From: Euglena gracilis
Taxonomy: Eukaryota
Length of the DNA: 64,000 bases
Reading direction: 5' to 3'
Assembly: GCA_039621445.1 (NCBI GenBank)
Contig: CP154954.1
Location: 34,569,737 to 34,633,736 of the forward strand
Below are positions 26,101-40,200 of the stretch, piece after piece. Within the stretch, counting starts at the first letter, position 1; each line of letters opens with the position of its first letter. Below the pieces are notes generated by a model. That model saw only the letters and a list, made by a program, of their open reading frames with translations. It ran no database searches and was not told where the DNA came from. A program made the position numbers and the translations under genes.

Positions 26101-29100
26101 ATATTTTTACTGTGCCTCTTTGAACACATTTTTGTGTAGAATGACCCTCGCACATGGACGAAAAGTGCCTTCACCCCTCATTGCCAAACACGCTGTGCGT
26201 TGTGTTCACCGTTTCCCTCAACCTGCACCCCAAACTCTCTCGTGTGAATCACAACCATTAACCCCCCCCCCCAAAATAAGACCCCGGGTCCATTTCATGG
26301 GTCGGTTGCTGGAAAGCCCGAGGGGGGGGGGCTCCCGGATCTGGCCTGGGGGGGGGGGTTGTGGGCAGACCCTAGGGTCTGCCCACGGTCGCCAAAGGTC
26401 GCCAAAGGTCGCTATGGGTATTTCCTACTCAGTCCTTTTTGCATTGTAGCGGCGTAGGCAACTGTTCCAGGGCCCTAAAAAAAAAAATCCCTTGTGTGTG
26501 CAACACCTTTTGTGTGTATGTTGCGCTAATTTGCCGTGGAGCGCATTTTTTGACATCGACCTGCCCACGACCTTTGGCGACCATGGCGACCTTTGGCGAC
26601 CCTAGGGTCTGCCCACAACCCCCCCCCCCAGGCCAAATCTACCCCCCCGAGGGGGGGTCTTATTCATGGGGGGGGTCCATTTTATGGATTTTTGCTGGAA
26701 AAATTTTCGACCCCCCAAAATGTCCAAAAATGCCCCCCAAAATACCATTTTTCGGCGCTTCGCGCCAGACAAATAGGGGAAAATATGCTGAATTGTATGG
26801 AAACTGTCCCAAAATGACAGATTTACCCCACAAAAATGGCCCTTTCTTCAAAAATCCGGCGCTTCGCGCCGGCAGGGGGGTCTTATTTATGGGGGGGGTC
26901 CATTTCATGGATTTTTGCTCGGACCGGCCAGGGGGGGTCTTATTTTTGGGGGGGGTCCATTTTATGGGGGGGGTCTTATTTTTGGGGGGGGGGTTTACGT
27001 TGCTGTTGATTTTTTACTGTTTAGGCATTCATCCGCACCTCTCATTCTTTCCCCAAACACAGTTGAAGGTTTTTTTGTAGGGTATCAAACAAATTTCCTT
27101 TTGGAGAGCTGTCTGCAACATCCTGTGAAATTTCAATTGTCATTATTTGGATTGATGATCACGTTTATTTGGCGTATTTCTGTTAATTTATGCTGATTCT
27201 GTTGAATGTTTCCTTTTCACATTAACGGAAAATTTTTTTACAGTTGGCAAAAGTTTCGGGTCTCAAGGGCAAAAGTGATGGGATTTGTGGCAAAAAAATT
27301 TACCCGGGTGGCAAACATTTTTTGGAACCCTGGCAAAAGTGAGGGGTCCAGGAGGCACCGTATTTTGGGACGGGGGGCAGAATTTGGAGGGGTTAGCTAT
27401 AACACCGACAAGTTGGTGTATCATTTTCACATTTTTGAGATCCTGGGGGGGGTCAGAATAAGTGGGTTAAGGTGCTTGACATGGGGGGCCAGGGACGAAG
27501 CGATGTGCCTTCATGCTCTCCAATGTTTCACATCACCCCCAATAAACAACAGTCAATCTGTTCATATTTTGGCAAAAAGTGGATGCTGGGGTAAGCCTGA
27601 ATGCTCTTTTTTGTTTATTGCGACTTTTGTGCTTTGTTGTGGTTTCCCTTAGTGGTCCCGGATGCAAGCGAGGGGGTAGGTATAGATATAAATGGGGGGG
27701 GGTCGGTACAAATGGATTTCTTCTGATTTTTCCGGGGGGGGGTCGGTATAAATGGGGGGGGTTAACAATGGCAGCCTCATGCCCTTACGGTGCTCTCCAC
27801 AGCGCATCGCCATCTCCCACCAAGGCTTGTCGGTGACATATGAGGAGTTGGACCATACAACTGCTTAAATCTGGGCCAGCTGTGTTGAATTTTTAAGAAA
27901 AGGTCTTAAATGGTGGAAAATTGGGGTTGAGGGATTTTTTAATGGGTACTTTTAGTGCTCCCCCTATCCGGGGAGATATCCGGGGAGATTCCGGTATGGA
28001 ATAAACTGGAATTAACCGGAATGAATTAGAGTACATTGGAATAGGAACATGCGGGATTCGCCAGAATAAAGTTTTCAGCGCAACGTATGGAAATTTTAAA
28101 AAAGAAATGGAAGCCAAGGTGAATCTGCGGCTTTTTTGGACCACTGGAATTTCTTTCCATATTTTCTCTTGATTTATGCATAATTTTGGCAATTTCGGCC
28201 AGTTTTTGCCTTTTTTGAATTTTCTTTTTCTTCAGTTCTGTTGGGGGAAAAATTCGAACTTATAAACTCTGCATTAGGACCTCGTTTCTTCCTGACACCA
28301 AAGTTTTCGTCAAAATTTGACATTTTTTTTCCTTCAATTTTTGGTCAACAAATTCCATGTTTTTGGAATTGGTATGTTCCCAAAATCACAAAATGCGATT
28401 CAAAATTTAAACATCCACCAATGTTGCAAAATCAAAAAGAATCCCCAAGGAGTTGAAAATTCTCTAAGTCCTGTCAAGCAGAAATCTACCAGAATAACTG
28501 GAAAGATCCCAAATTTTGTGGAATAAAGCCCCTATCCGAATTAAAATTTTTTTTGGAAACTGGAATCTCCCTCCCCCTGCCTGTGGGTGGTGGGCGGGTG
28601 GGATCGACCACCCCCAACCACATCCCCACCTCCAAACCCCCATCTAAACACCCGCCCGTGGCAATGGAGTTTTGGCTGAAGGGTTTGGGAACAGTGGGGT
28701 GTCTTCACTCTGACACCCCCCCCCCCCCCAATACCAGGTCCATTTCCGGGGACACCGATTTTCCAGTAAATTTGACCGACCCCCCTCCCCACCTCCCAGG
28801 TGGGGGGGGTCAACCCCCACCAGTCCTTCAAGTACAGCATTGGCAGTTCCTGGTGGGGGGCTGGCTTGAAAAGAAGCCTGCCCAGCCAGGTTCGACATAA
28901 GCAGGGTGCCTGTGTTTCAAGGGATGGGGTGTCCCCACCCGCCCCGACCCTGCTTTTTTTTACAATTTCGGGTCACCCCCCCCCCGGTCGTATGGACCAG
29001 CACCAGGGTTTTTCACAAAAAAAGTGCTGGTGACCCAATACAGGGGGGGGGGATGCGTTTCGCATTTTTTTCGCATTTTTTGCGCATTTTTTCAAATTTT

Positions 29101-32100
29101 CCAAAAATGCGCATTTTTGCGCATTTTTGCGCATTTTTTGCGCATTTTTTCGTTTTTTTCAGCGCATTTTTTTGCTTTTTGGCACATTTTTTCGTGATTT
29201 TCCAAAATTTTCGCATTTTTTGACCATTTTTGCAATTTTTTGCAAAAATTTGAAATTTTCGACTTTTTTTGATACTTACATTTTTTCCTCATTATTCTAC
29301 ATAATTTCTTCAAATTTGGTGCCATTTTTGCATGTTTTTGGGTAATTTTTGCATTTTCGTGATTTTTGCGCATTTTTCCTCGATTTTGCACATTTTTTGC
29401 GCATTTTTTTTCCAAAAATGCGCATTTTTTGCGCATTTTTTTTGCGCATTTTTGCACATTTTTTTCCGAGGCCGGGCGAGCGCATTTTCCCCCCCCCTGC
29501 CCAATACTCAATGCGTGATTTTGCATGCTTTCTTTTCAGAGACAAAATTCCGGTTTGACAGAAACCAGAAAATTTGTACCTATTTTGCTGCAATTATATG
29601 TCATTTCTCAGAACATATGAATGATCTCGGATGTGTGAATCAGAAAAATAACAGCAGATCGCCAGCATGGTGATAATTCTCAAGAATGTCATTTTCAGAG
29701 TGCAATGCATCTTCTCTAGACTGAGAGCCCTCCCAAAAAATAAGCCCCCTGGTTTATTTGGAATTTGGGGTTTTTATTTGGTGATTTGACATCGTACATT
29801 GGAGGCAGTCTATTATTTTAAGTTGGGAGGTTATGATTGGAGAAAAAACCTCGAGCATGAAAGTTAGTGAAAAGGCATTTTTTCGTTTCATTGGTTGTTT
29901 TTTTTTGTTGTGATTTTCGTGTTTGTCATACATGCATACTTTCCATTGCATGTGAGTAAATTTTGTCAATTTCTGTGATTTTCGGATGTATCTGCAGATT
30001 TTTATTATTGGATTGTGGGAAGGCAGGAATATTTTTTTGGATAATCCAAAATCTTGAAAATTTGTGTTTTTTTGTCATAATTTGTATTTCTTGCAATAAT
30101 TTGTGAAAATTTATAATTTTTGCATTTTTTGCACATTTTGCCTTTCCGATTTGGGGGGGAGGTAAGTAAAAGCGTGTGATTGAGGCACATTGAGCACGTG
30201 CTCATCATCATCATTTATTGTGGTTCAAATAAGACAAACAAATACAAATAGTTTGACCCCAAAAAATACCCCAAATGGCATTTTGGCGAATTTCTGAGGG
30301 CTTTTTTTCTAGCCCGGCGCTGTACACCGGACGAAAATTAACCACATTGGCCACGTCCTCCTCCTTGACTGGCCACCCCCCCATAAATAAAAGCAACCGC
30401 CCTCTACAAACATCCCCCAAATATAAGCAACCCTTTGGCCGATTTTCGCCAACACCCAAATATGAGCAACCACCAGAATACAAGCAACCCCTGACTGGAC
30501 GATATGAAAGGAATTTTCATCACACCTGACATCACAATTTTGGGATTTCCTGCCAAAATTGTTGACCACGTTCCCCATAATTTTGGCCTTTTGCCAAAAT
30601 CTTTGAGACTGGTGGGAATTTTTTTGAGATTCCGTTGCGGAGACTTTCGTACTTACTTTCAGAATTATTGGGACGTTTTGCAAAAGCTCTCTGAATCTAA
30701 CAAATCAAGAGATGTGCCATCTCTGAACAAACCGGTGCAACCCCCCCCCCCTCATTTAAACCGACCCGTCGGTTTAGGACTTTTGGGTTGGCGGAAATCC
30801 TGGAGGGGGTCGGTTTAGACGGGGGGTCGGTTTCAGGGGGAGCACACGGCTGGCCGACGGCGTGACGGAAGCAGGTTGATGTTAGCAAGGCAATTTCAAT
30901 GGGCAAAAGCCCAATTTGGTCGGCCAATTCCTAATTTTGAATGACAAATGCCTAATTTGGGATGCAAATTCTTAATTTTCGGGGGCAAATGCTGAATTTT
31001 GGGTGTAATATCCAATTTTTGGTGGCAAACTGCTGAATTTTGGGTGCAAATTTCAAATTTAGATAGCAAATGCCTATTTTTGTAATTTTTGGGTTCCAAC
31101 ACCAAATTTTCGGAGGAAAATGCCCAAGTTGAGGTGCAAACTCCAAAATTTGGAAGCAAATGCCTAATTTTGGGTGTAAAATCCTAATTTTGGGTCATCA
31201 ATACTAATTATTCAATGAGCATGGACGCTCTTTCCATTGGTGGCTTCCATTATGTTGTGCATGTTTGTCATCCAACTTGCCATGGGTCGGTTTATTTCTT
31301 TTTTTGGTTGAAATTCTGCAAGGGGTCGGTTTGGAAGGGTAGGTCGGTTTAGAAGGGGGGTCAGTTTAAATGGGGGGGGGTTCAACCCCACAGCTCTTCA
31401 GAGCACAGCTGTTGCAAATGAGATGATACCCGGTGGAAATGCACCATGAAAGTAACCCCCCCCATTTAAACCGACTCCCCTTCTAAACCGACCTACCCTT
31501 CCAAACCGACCCATTGCAGAATTTCAACCAAAAAAAGAAATAAACCGACCCATGGCAAGTTGGATGACAAACATGCACAACATAATGGAAGCCGCAAACG
31601 GAAAGAGCGTTCATGCTCATTGAATAGTTAGTATTGATGACCCAAAATTAGGATTTTACACCCAAAATTAGGCATTTGCTTCCAAATTTTGGAGTTTGCA
31701 CCTCAAATTGGGCATTTTCCTCCGAAAATTTGGTGTTGGAACCCAAAAATTACAAAAATAGGCATTTGCTATCTAAAATTTGAAGTTTGCACCCAAAATT
31801 AGGCAGTTTGCCACCAAAAATTGGATATTACACCCAAAATTCAGCATTTGCCCCCGAAAATTAAGAATTTGCATCCCAAATTAGGCATTTGTCACTCAAA
31901 GTTAGGAATTGGCCGACCAAATTGGGCATTTGCCCATTGAAATTGCCTTGCTAACATCAACCCGCTTCCGTCACGTCGTCGGCCAGCCGTGTGCTCCCCC
32001 TGAAACCGACCCCCCGTCTAAACCGACCCCCTCTAGGATTTCCGCCAACCCAAAAGTCCTAAACCGACGGGTCGGTTTAAATGGGGGGGGGTTTACCCTC

Positions 32101-34182
32101 CCCCAAAGTGGCAAAAGTCTTGGTTTACCCCCTCAAAGGAGCCATTTGCCTTCGACACCAAAGTCCATGGTGGGATTCATCATGACTTTTCTTCTTTGGC
32201 AAATCTTAAAAATTTTCAAATGGACGTTTTTTTTTGAGGTTTTCTGAACCCTTTTTGCAGCCTTGCTGAAATTGGCCATCTTGTGCCGGGTGTTTTTTGG
32301 CTGATTTTTTTTTTGCCAAGAAAGGGCATTTTAGGCAAGTGGGCACTGCATATTTTCCACTAGCTAGCCCTGCTAGCGCCCCCCCCCCCCCGGGACTCCG
32401 TCCTGTGTTTAAAACCCATCCTCCAGTTTGTCCTTGGTCAGACAGCGACAACACCCTCTTGGTCGATGGGTTGCGTGTGTAGCATTCGACCCGGTGTTTT
32501 TTGTTTTTTTTAAAAAAGAAGACGTTTTTTTATTTGAAAAACCTTCGAAATTCCCCAGCAAATAAGTGGGGACATACTTGCCCAACAGGGTAATAAAAAA
32601 ATGATCAAAATTGGTGATTCTGTGCATTTTTTTTGTTAATTTCACCAAAAATTGTGTGATTTTGAAGCATTTTGGTCCATTTTGATGTCACCCTTGCGAT
32701 CAAGGGAAATCTGGTCTCAATTATTGTTTTTTTGAACCTGATCCTCGCCCCGTCCAGGATTGGGTGCAGGTTACAGATTGGTTTCCCGAGCGCCCCCGCT
32801 CCAACGCGAAGCAGTTGCGGATGAGGGGGACCACCAGTCCTCCCAGCTGGCCAACCGGCTCCGCCAGGACGGCATCGCCCAGCACGACGTGATCGGCCTC
32901 TACGGCCACCGGTCCCCAGCGGTGGTGCTCTGCATCCTGGCGGTGCTGAAGGCCGTCCGGGGATCGCTGGAGGGCAGGGGGAAGGGGTCCGGCCGACCTC
33001 CGATTGCCTCCGCCCCCAACCCAAGTAATTGCCTTGAGAACGTTTGCCTTGCCCAAAAGTGGCCAAAAATGCAAGGCATTTTGAATGGTGGGGTGTGACA
33101 CAAGAGGCAGCCCTCCCCTTAGATTTCAACAACAAAAGAAGCCTTGGGAAGAGACGCTGCAAGTCTGGCTTTGTGGGGTGGCAACCACTGCCAGCCATTC
33201 CTGATGCCGGGGCGGCGTATTCAATGATGGACCCGGCATACCCCTCCGACCGCATCATGCTGTGCATGCAAATCGCTCAGCCCAAGGGATGGCTGCAGAT
33301 TGCAGCTGCAGGGGCACCACCGGAGGACCTGCGCAACTTCCTCCAAGGTATCCCCCTTTGCAGCCCAAAGCTCTTTGTGGGTGGCCATGGTTCGAAATCC
33401 GGTTTTTCATTTTTTTTTCAGAGAGTTGAACACGATACGCTCAATTTCCTTGAGAAATCATCATTTTCCTTGAGATGCTCATCTCCTTTCAGTTTGAGCA
33501 CCTGAGTGCTCTGACACTTGACTGAATCTTCACTTCCCAGTCATTGATAAGCTGAGTTCCCCACTGATCAACTCTCTGGTCCCCCAGGCTACATTTCGGC
33601 TACACACAGTCTCAAAATGAACAATCACTGGCCTACCGGGGCTGACTGACTGGTTTTTGGCCCAATTTTTCTCCCCGATGAGGGGGGTCGGCAAAAAAAC
33701 CACAAAAGTGACCTGAACCGAAGGCCCCAGAGAAAATATTGATCACATTTGGTAAAAAAGAATTTGGATTCGTACATTTTTCCCCGCCCCCGAGGCAAGG
33801 CAGGCCTTCCAAAAACCAGCCAGTCACTTTTTTGCTTCAGAAAATCAGTCATTACCACCCCCAAGGCCGGGATCCCACGAAACAGCCACAAAGGTGAAGG
33901 AAAATAAGGGAGCAGACGCTGCAATACATTGGGTGTTTTTTCCGCCAGAGTTTGCTTTGGAGGGGAACTCCTGCTTTCCCCCCAGGGCTGCAGCTGAAGG
34001 CGTGGCACAGCATCGACGAGCCGAACGCCGCCGGGCTGGCGCAGTTGCTGCAGGGGGTCCCCACCACCTGCCTCAGTGAGTGACCATCGCCCGCTGGACA
34101 CCGCCAATGGTGGCATTCACCTTGGGTCCACTGGCATCCCCAAGGCTTGGCTACGTCGGGGGGGGGAGAGGGGGGGAGTGAT

Positions 34183-34224
<42 letters not shown>

Positions 34225-37200
34225 AGGGGGGGGGGGGCTGGGGGGGGGGGGGGGTGGGGAAGGGGGCGAGGCGGTTTGCGGGGGGGGTGGGCGGGGGGTG
34301 GTGAGGGGGGGGGAAGGGGCTGGGGGGCAAGGTTGGGGGGGGAGGGGGCGGGGGGGGGTGGCTGGGGGGGGGGGGCTGGGGATACGGGAGTGAGCTTTGG
34401 AGGGGAACTCATGCTCGCCCAGGGCTGCAGCTGAAGGCTTGGCACAGGCACGGATCGACGAGCGAAAGCGAACGCCAGCCGGGTGGCGCCGTATGCTGAG
34501 TTTGCAGGGGGGTCCCCACACCACTTGGGAGCACTGGGAGCGGTGACCATCGCCCCGGTGGGGCTGGGAGCACGGCCATGGTTGGTCATTCACCTCTGGG
34601 TCCACTAGAGCATCCCCAAGTTTTGGGCGGATGTGAGGTGGTGTGTGTGTGTGTGTTTGTGTGCACCTGTTTGATTCCTCACGTGTGTGTGTGTGGGTGT
34701 GTGTGTGGTGTGTTGTGTGCCTGTGTGTGTAAGTGTGGTGTGTGGTGCCGGTGTGGTTGTGTGTGGGTGGGTGTGTTGTGTGTGTGTGGTAAGTGTGTGA
34801 TGCCAGCGTGTGTGTGTGTGTGTTGTGTACCTTTTGTGTGTGAGTTTCCGTGTGCCTAACGGTTCAGGCAGGGCCAACCCCAGCTCATTGCGGGAGCCAC
34901 CAACCCCTGCCCACCTGGGCATTTATCTATTCAAGGGCATCACCGCTGGTTGGTAAATAAAAGGGCCTGCCACCTCCGTGGTCTGCTGCTTCTCTGTGGA
35001 TGCCTTTTTTTCGCAATTGAAATTCAGCATTGATGTGCGCAGGCTTCTTTTTAACTCAGATGACCCCCCCCCCCCCCTGGCGGTGGGCTCAACGATGTAG
35101 GCCGGGGGGGGGGGGTTATGTTGGGTCGACCAACCTAGGTCGGTCGACCCAACACTGCAATGTTCCAGAGCACAAGTTTTTCTGAATGCAGATTTACTCT
35201 GCCTTCGGCCTCGTGTTTTTAAAAGAAATATCCCCTTTATGTATGTATGGATTGTGTTGCTCATTCACGCATATTTGGCGAGTAATACTGCAGTTGTTGG
35301 TTTTGGGTCGGTCGACCCTTACCTACCCTCTGTTGGGCTGACCGAGTCAGTCGGTCGACCCAACGGGACCCCCCCCCCCCCAGCCTACGTCCTGGCGGTG
35401 CCAGACCCTCCAGCCCCGGACCCCCCCCCCTATCCCCCGGGGGGGGGGGTCCAGCCAGCAGCTCATTTCCAGCCAGCAGCCTTTTTGCCAGCCGGAGGCT
35501 GGACCTCCCCGGGGTCCTTAAGAAAACCCCTGCTCCGACCCAGGACCCCCCTCTGGGTCGATGAAAAACAAAAATTTCTAAATTTTTTTTGCATGTTCGA
35601 CATTTTGATGGATAGAGCTGGATCAATGCTGGGGGGATGTGATGGAGGAAGCTGTGATGAGGGGAAAAAAGGCAGGTATAGGTGAGCTGGGCAGCCCAGT
35701 TGGCTGGCCGGCCTGCAGCCGGCTAGCTCGGCCTTCGGCCGGCTGGCCCGGCCTCCAGCTGGGCTGGACCCAACTTTATTTCAGTCGACCCCCGGGGGGG
35801 GGGGGGGCTCGCAGCCCGAATTTGGGCTGCTGGCTGGATTTGAGCTGCTGGCTGGGTGGATCCCCCCCCCCCGGGGGACGGGGTACCCTCCAGCTTAAGA
35901 AAACCCCTGGGTCGGAGGCTCATTATGGGTTTTCGCCAGTTTTTTTTTGGGAAGTCCGCTTAGAAGGGTTGATTTTGGGAGGGTCCCCGTGGGGGTCCCG
36001 CGCCGGGCCGAGTGGGTGTGGGGGACCCCCTCCCCCAGGGTTTTAAATGTCTTTAGATTGGTGTCCACAGGGACCTGGTCCAACATGGTTTTCGCCTGTC
36101 ACCGGCCCGGACCCTCTGCATACATCTCAGCAACTCCCCTGGGAGCTCCTGGGTTTGTGGCGATGTGATAATGGGGGAGCATAGTGGGGGAGCATAGTGG
36201 GGGATAATGGAGACAGCAGGGGAACAGTTGAACTATTATTATTTGCCAAAGGCTTGTAGTGATGAACCTCGTCTGGAGACACAATCATTCCCCTGCTCTG
36301 TAGGTGTCTTGCAAGCACAGCCCTCTCACCGCTTTCTATCCCTGGATGTCTCAGCGGTTTGGCATGCCCAAGCACCTCTGGTTGCCAGGAGTCAGGATGC
36401 AACCGTCATTGGGACAGGATTTTTTCACTGATAGGATTGTTTTCCTGTATTAGCAAATGTGACCCTTCTGCCCTTCACCCTTGCCTCTGCTGGTGTTGCA
36501 ACTGTCCACAGCTGCTTGCCAGCGGGAGAATCTGACCGCTTTGCTATGTGCAGTGGAATTGCCCATGACCCTCTGCAGCGAGATATCTTCACCCCACTTT
36601 TCCTTGGAGCTACCATCTGCATTCCAAGCAGAGCATGCCCTGTTGTAAAGTGTTGGGTTTAATCTTTGATTTTCTCGGCATAATTTCGTAACTCGTTTTC
36701 TACATCTTTTTCCCCCCCGCTTTTTTTCGATCTGTGATTTCAGAACAGTTCCCCATGGATTCTTTTTACGCAACATTTCACCACCCATATCCCGTGTGTT
36801 CTTTGTTGTTTGTTTGTCCTTCTTTCAATGGTGGGTGAAGGTCATCCACTGCTGGAAACACAGGATACCATTACCACCCCGGGGCAGTTGGCCAGATGGA
36901 TGTACGACAACCAAATCACACAATCCTGCTGCACTCCTGCAATGGGCCAGATCTTGATCACGGTTGAGGTGTGTGGGTAGGTGGGTGGGTGCCAGGGTTT
37001 GATATAAGGAGGGCGTACATGGTTTAGGTGGGGGGGTGTCCCCCCCCCCCCCCCCCCCCTCCTGGCCCGCAGGGGGGGTCCGGACCACCCCCCCCCCCAC
37101 CTGCCAGGGGACCCTCGGGGGGGGGGGGGGGGGGGTGGGGGCGTGTTCCCGGGACCCCCCCCAAAAAGGGTCAATTTTTTCCTCCGGCGCTTCGCGCCGA

Positions 37201-40200
37201 AAATTTTTTGCATTTTTGGCACTTTTTGCCCAAAAGTGCCCAAAATGGCACTTTTGGTCGTTTTGGGGGGTCAAAAATTTTCGGCCACCCTGACCGCGCA
37301 CCTGTTTAGGTGGGGGGGGTCCCCCCCACCCCCCCCCTCCTGGCCCGCAGGGGGGGGGGTTCGGACCACCCCCCCACCTGTCCTTATATCGAACCCTGGT
37401 GGGTGCGTGTGGGTGGATGTTTGTGTGGGTGGGTGTGCGTGAGTGTGTGAAAGTGTGTGCTTGCTGAAAGCAAAAAGGGAGCTGGGGGTGGATGGATTGG
37501 GGACCCCCCAGGTCACCTGCAAGCAAAGAGTTGCTGGAATTCCCACTCAGCCATGTTCATATCAGAGGCAATAAACTCTTTAGGCCGGTGGGGAAGAAAC
37601 CCGCTGCCTCCCCCACCCCCTTTGGGCCAAGCAGGACATAAAACATCAAAACAAAAATTGGACGATCCAAAAAAAATGGGCAGCTGCACATGGGCACGCA
37701 GAGGGGGGGAATGTGTTCTGAGCAGTTTCTTGCAGTTTTTTTTTTGGTGTGGATTTTTGGATTTGGAATGGATTTTTTGGATTGGAGTTTTTTTTAACAA
37801 ATATTTGAAAATGTCAGGCCAAGGTTTTTGCATCCTTTTTCTTTCATGAAAGTTTTTTTGAAAAAAATCGAATTTCTCTAGGCACAGCAGAAATTTGAAG
37901 TTCTTTTTCTATGCGTTTCTTTTTTGCAGTTTCTTTCTGCAGTTCTTTTGCAATTCTCTGCAGCGCAATGTCAGCGTATTGCACCTCCCTGCCATTTTTT
38001 TCCAGAGCATCGATTTTAGGGTGAATCCTTCATTTGTGGCTGTGCCACCTGGTTTGCAAAGTGGTCAGAAGGGGTGGGTCCCACCCCCCCCTTCATATTG
38101 CGGTCCATCCTTCCCTTATTTGAGCAATGCCATCCACCCATAGCACCTGCCACCTGGAGGGGATGCATGTGTGCGACGCGCCTACACATGCTAGAACATG
38201 CAGGTTCATATGCTTGTTCACCTCCTGGGGGGTCAGACCCCCCCAAGGGGAGAGTCCAGGCCACCCCCCTTTGGACTGAGGGTGGGACCTTCCCCAGGAA
38301 CCCACAAAAATATTTTCCGGGCTTCGTGCTGGGAAAGATGAAAAATTTTGGTGTATGTTTTGACTGATTTTTCCAAATAAAAGTGCGCGGAAAACGCGAT
38401 TTTGGGGGCTTTTTTCAAGCCCCCCCCCCCAAGGGGAGAGTCCAGCGCCACCCCTTTGGACGGAGGGTGGGACCTTCTGGCGTGCGTGCTGGGCGTGGGT
38501 TGGTGTTTTGGGTATGTTTGGTGATTCAAATAAAAGGTGGATTTGGGAGGTGGCTTTTTGGGTTTTCAAGCCCCCCCAGAATCCCAGCGCTTCACGCCGC
38601 AATTTTTTTTGGGTGGATGCACGTTGTTGGGGGGTGTGTGCAGGTTGGTTAGGGTTTCAGGTGAAAAAATAAGACACCTGGGGGCTTCGTGGTTTTCAGA
38701 TTCCCAGTTCAAAAATCGAGGTCGGGGTTTTTGGAAAACCCGTAATAAATTATAGGAAGTTCGTGCAGTTAGTTGTGTCCCCCCCGCCTCCTGGACTGGG
38801 GGGGGCATCCGGACCATCCCAGAAGACCGACCCCTGGGGGACCCCCCAAAAGATCAAAATTTTCTTTCCGTCGCTGCGAGCCATTTTTTTTTTTTTTTTT
38901 TTTTATTTTTTTTTTTTTAAAAAGTTCCAAAAATGCAGTTTTGGCCGCTTTGGCGTCGAAAATTTTTCGGCCTGGCACAAAGCGCCGGGCCGAAAAGTAG
39001 TCACCTGGACCACGCTACCGTTCAGGTGTGGGAGGGGGATGTCACTCCCCACCTAAACAGTAGCACGGTCCAATCCCCCCCTCCCACCATTGGGGGGTCC
39101 GACCCCACCTTCCCTTACAGCAGGGAAATTAAGTAGTGGGACGGTCCAGGGAAACTAAATAGTGGAACACCCCCCAAAAATGCTAATCCCCCGGAGACCA
39201 TCTGCGAGTTGCAAAGGCTTTTCAAATTGTTGCAATATCAGGAGGCTTCAATGTGCGGCATGTATAAGGTGTACCCAGTACCATCCAACGGATGGCCTAG
39301 GGCCGTGGGGGGTCTGTCAGTAACGGGTGGGACCACCATGAGCATCGAGCACAGCAGCAAGGCGGCTGGGCATCGACGCGTATAAAACTCGAGTTTGTTC
39401 GGGAGAAATGTCAGCAAAAGCACACTGCAGAGCTGCCCAAAGTTCGTTTCGGTTAGGGAAAACACATCCTTCGAGCTTTGCAAGCAGAAACACCCACAGG
39501 TGCTCGATCGGGTTGAGGTCCGGGCTCATTGTGTGCCGCAAACAGGCCTCGTTTCTTCACCTTGCATGGGGGGAGGGGGGCAGGGTGTTCAATCCACCTC
39601 TTACCTGGGAGAGATGCATCTGCCCCAGCCCATCATTTCCCCCCATTTGCTAAGCCTGTGCCTCACACTTCACAAGGGGAACGGTTTCGATGAGAGCTTG
39701 GAAAATGCATCATTCATAGTGGACCGCGGAGACCTCCCCACGCCTACACCTGGCAAACTGATGAGATCCGCAAACTCCAAGCAGATGCCTGCGCAGGACC
39801 CGTTATCCAGCATCTTCACGGCATTGTCCCGCAGCCAGGACGTCGTGCTTCTTGCTCGGTGGGCCGGTGCACCATCTTGTTGGATTCTCCAGCATGAGGT
39901 TCTGCGCAAACACATGCTAACCAAATCGATTCAAGGGGAGGTAGTATCTTTGCATGCCTGAATCAAAGCAAATGTCTGGCAATGAAATCACCATGTCTTC
40001 CCATGTTTCGTTGAGGTGACTATAGAAACTACCTCCGCTTGAATCGATTTGGTTAGCATTTCGCATGTGTTTGCGCAGAACCTCATGCTGGAGATTCCAA
40101 CAAGATGGTGCACCGGCCCACCGAGCAAGAAGCACGACGTCCTGGCTGCGGGACAATGCCGTGAAGATGCTGGATAACGGGTCCTGCGCAGGCATCTGCT

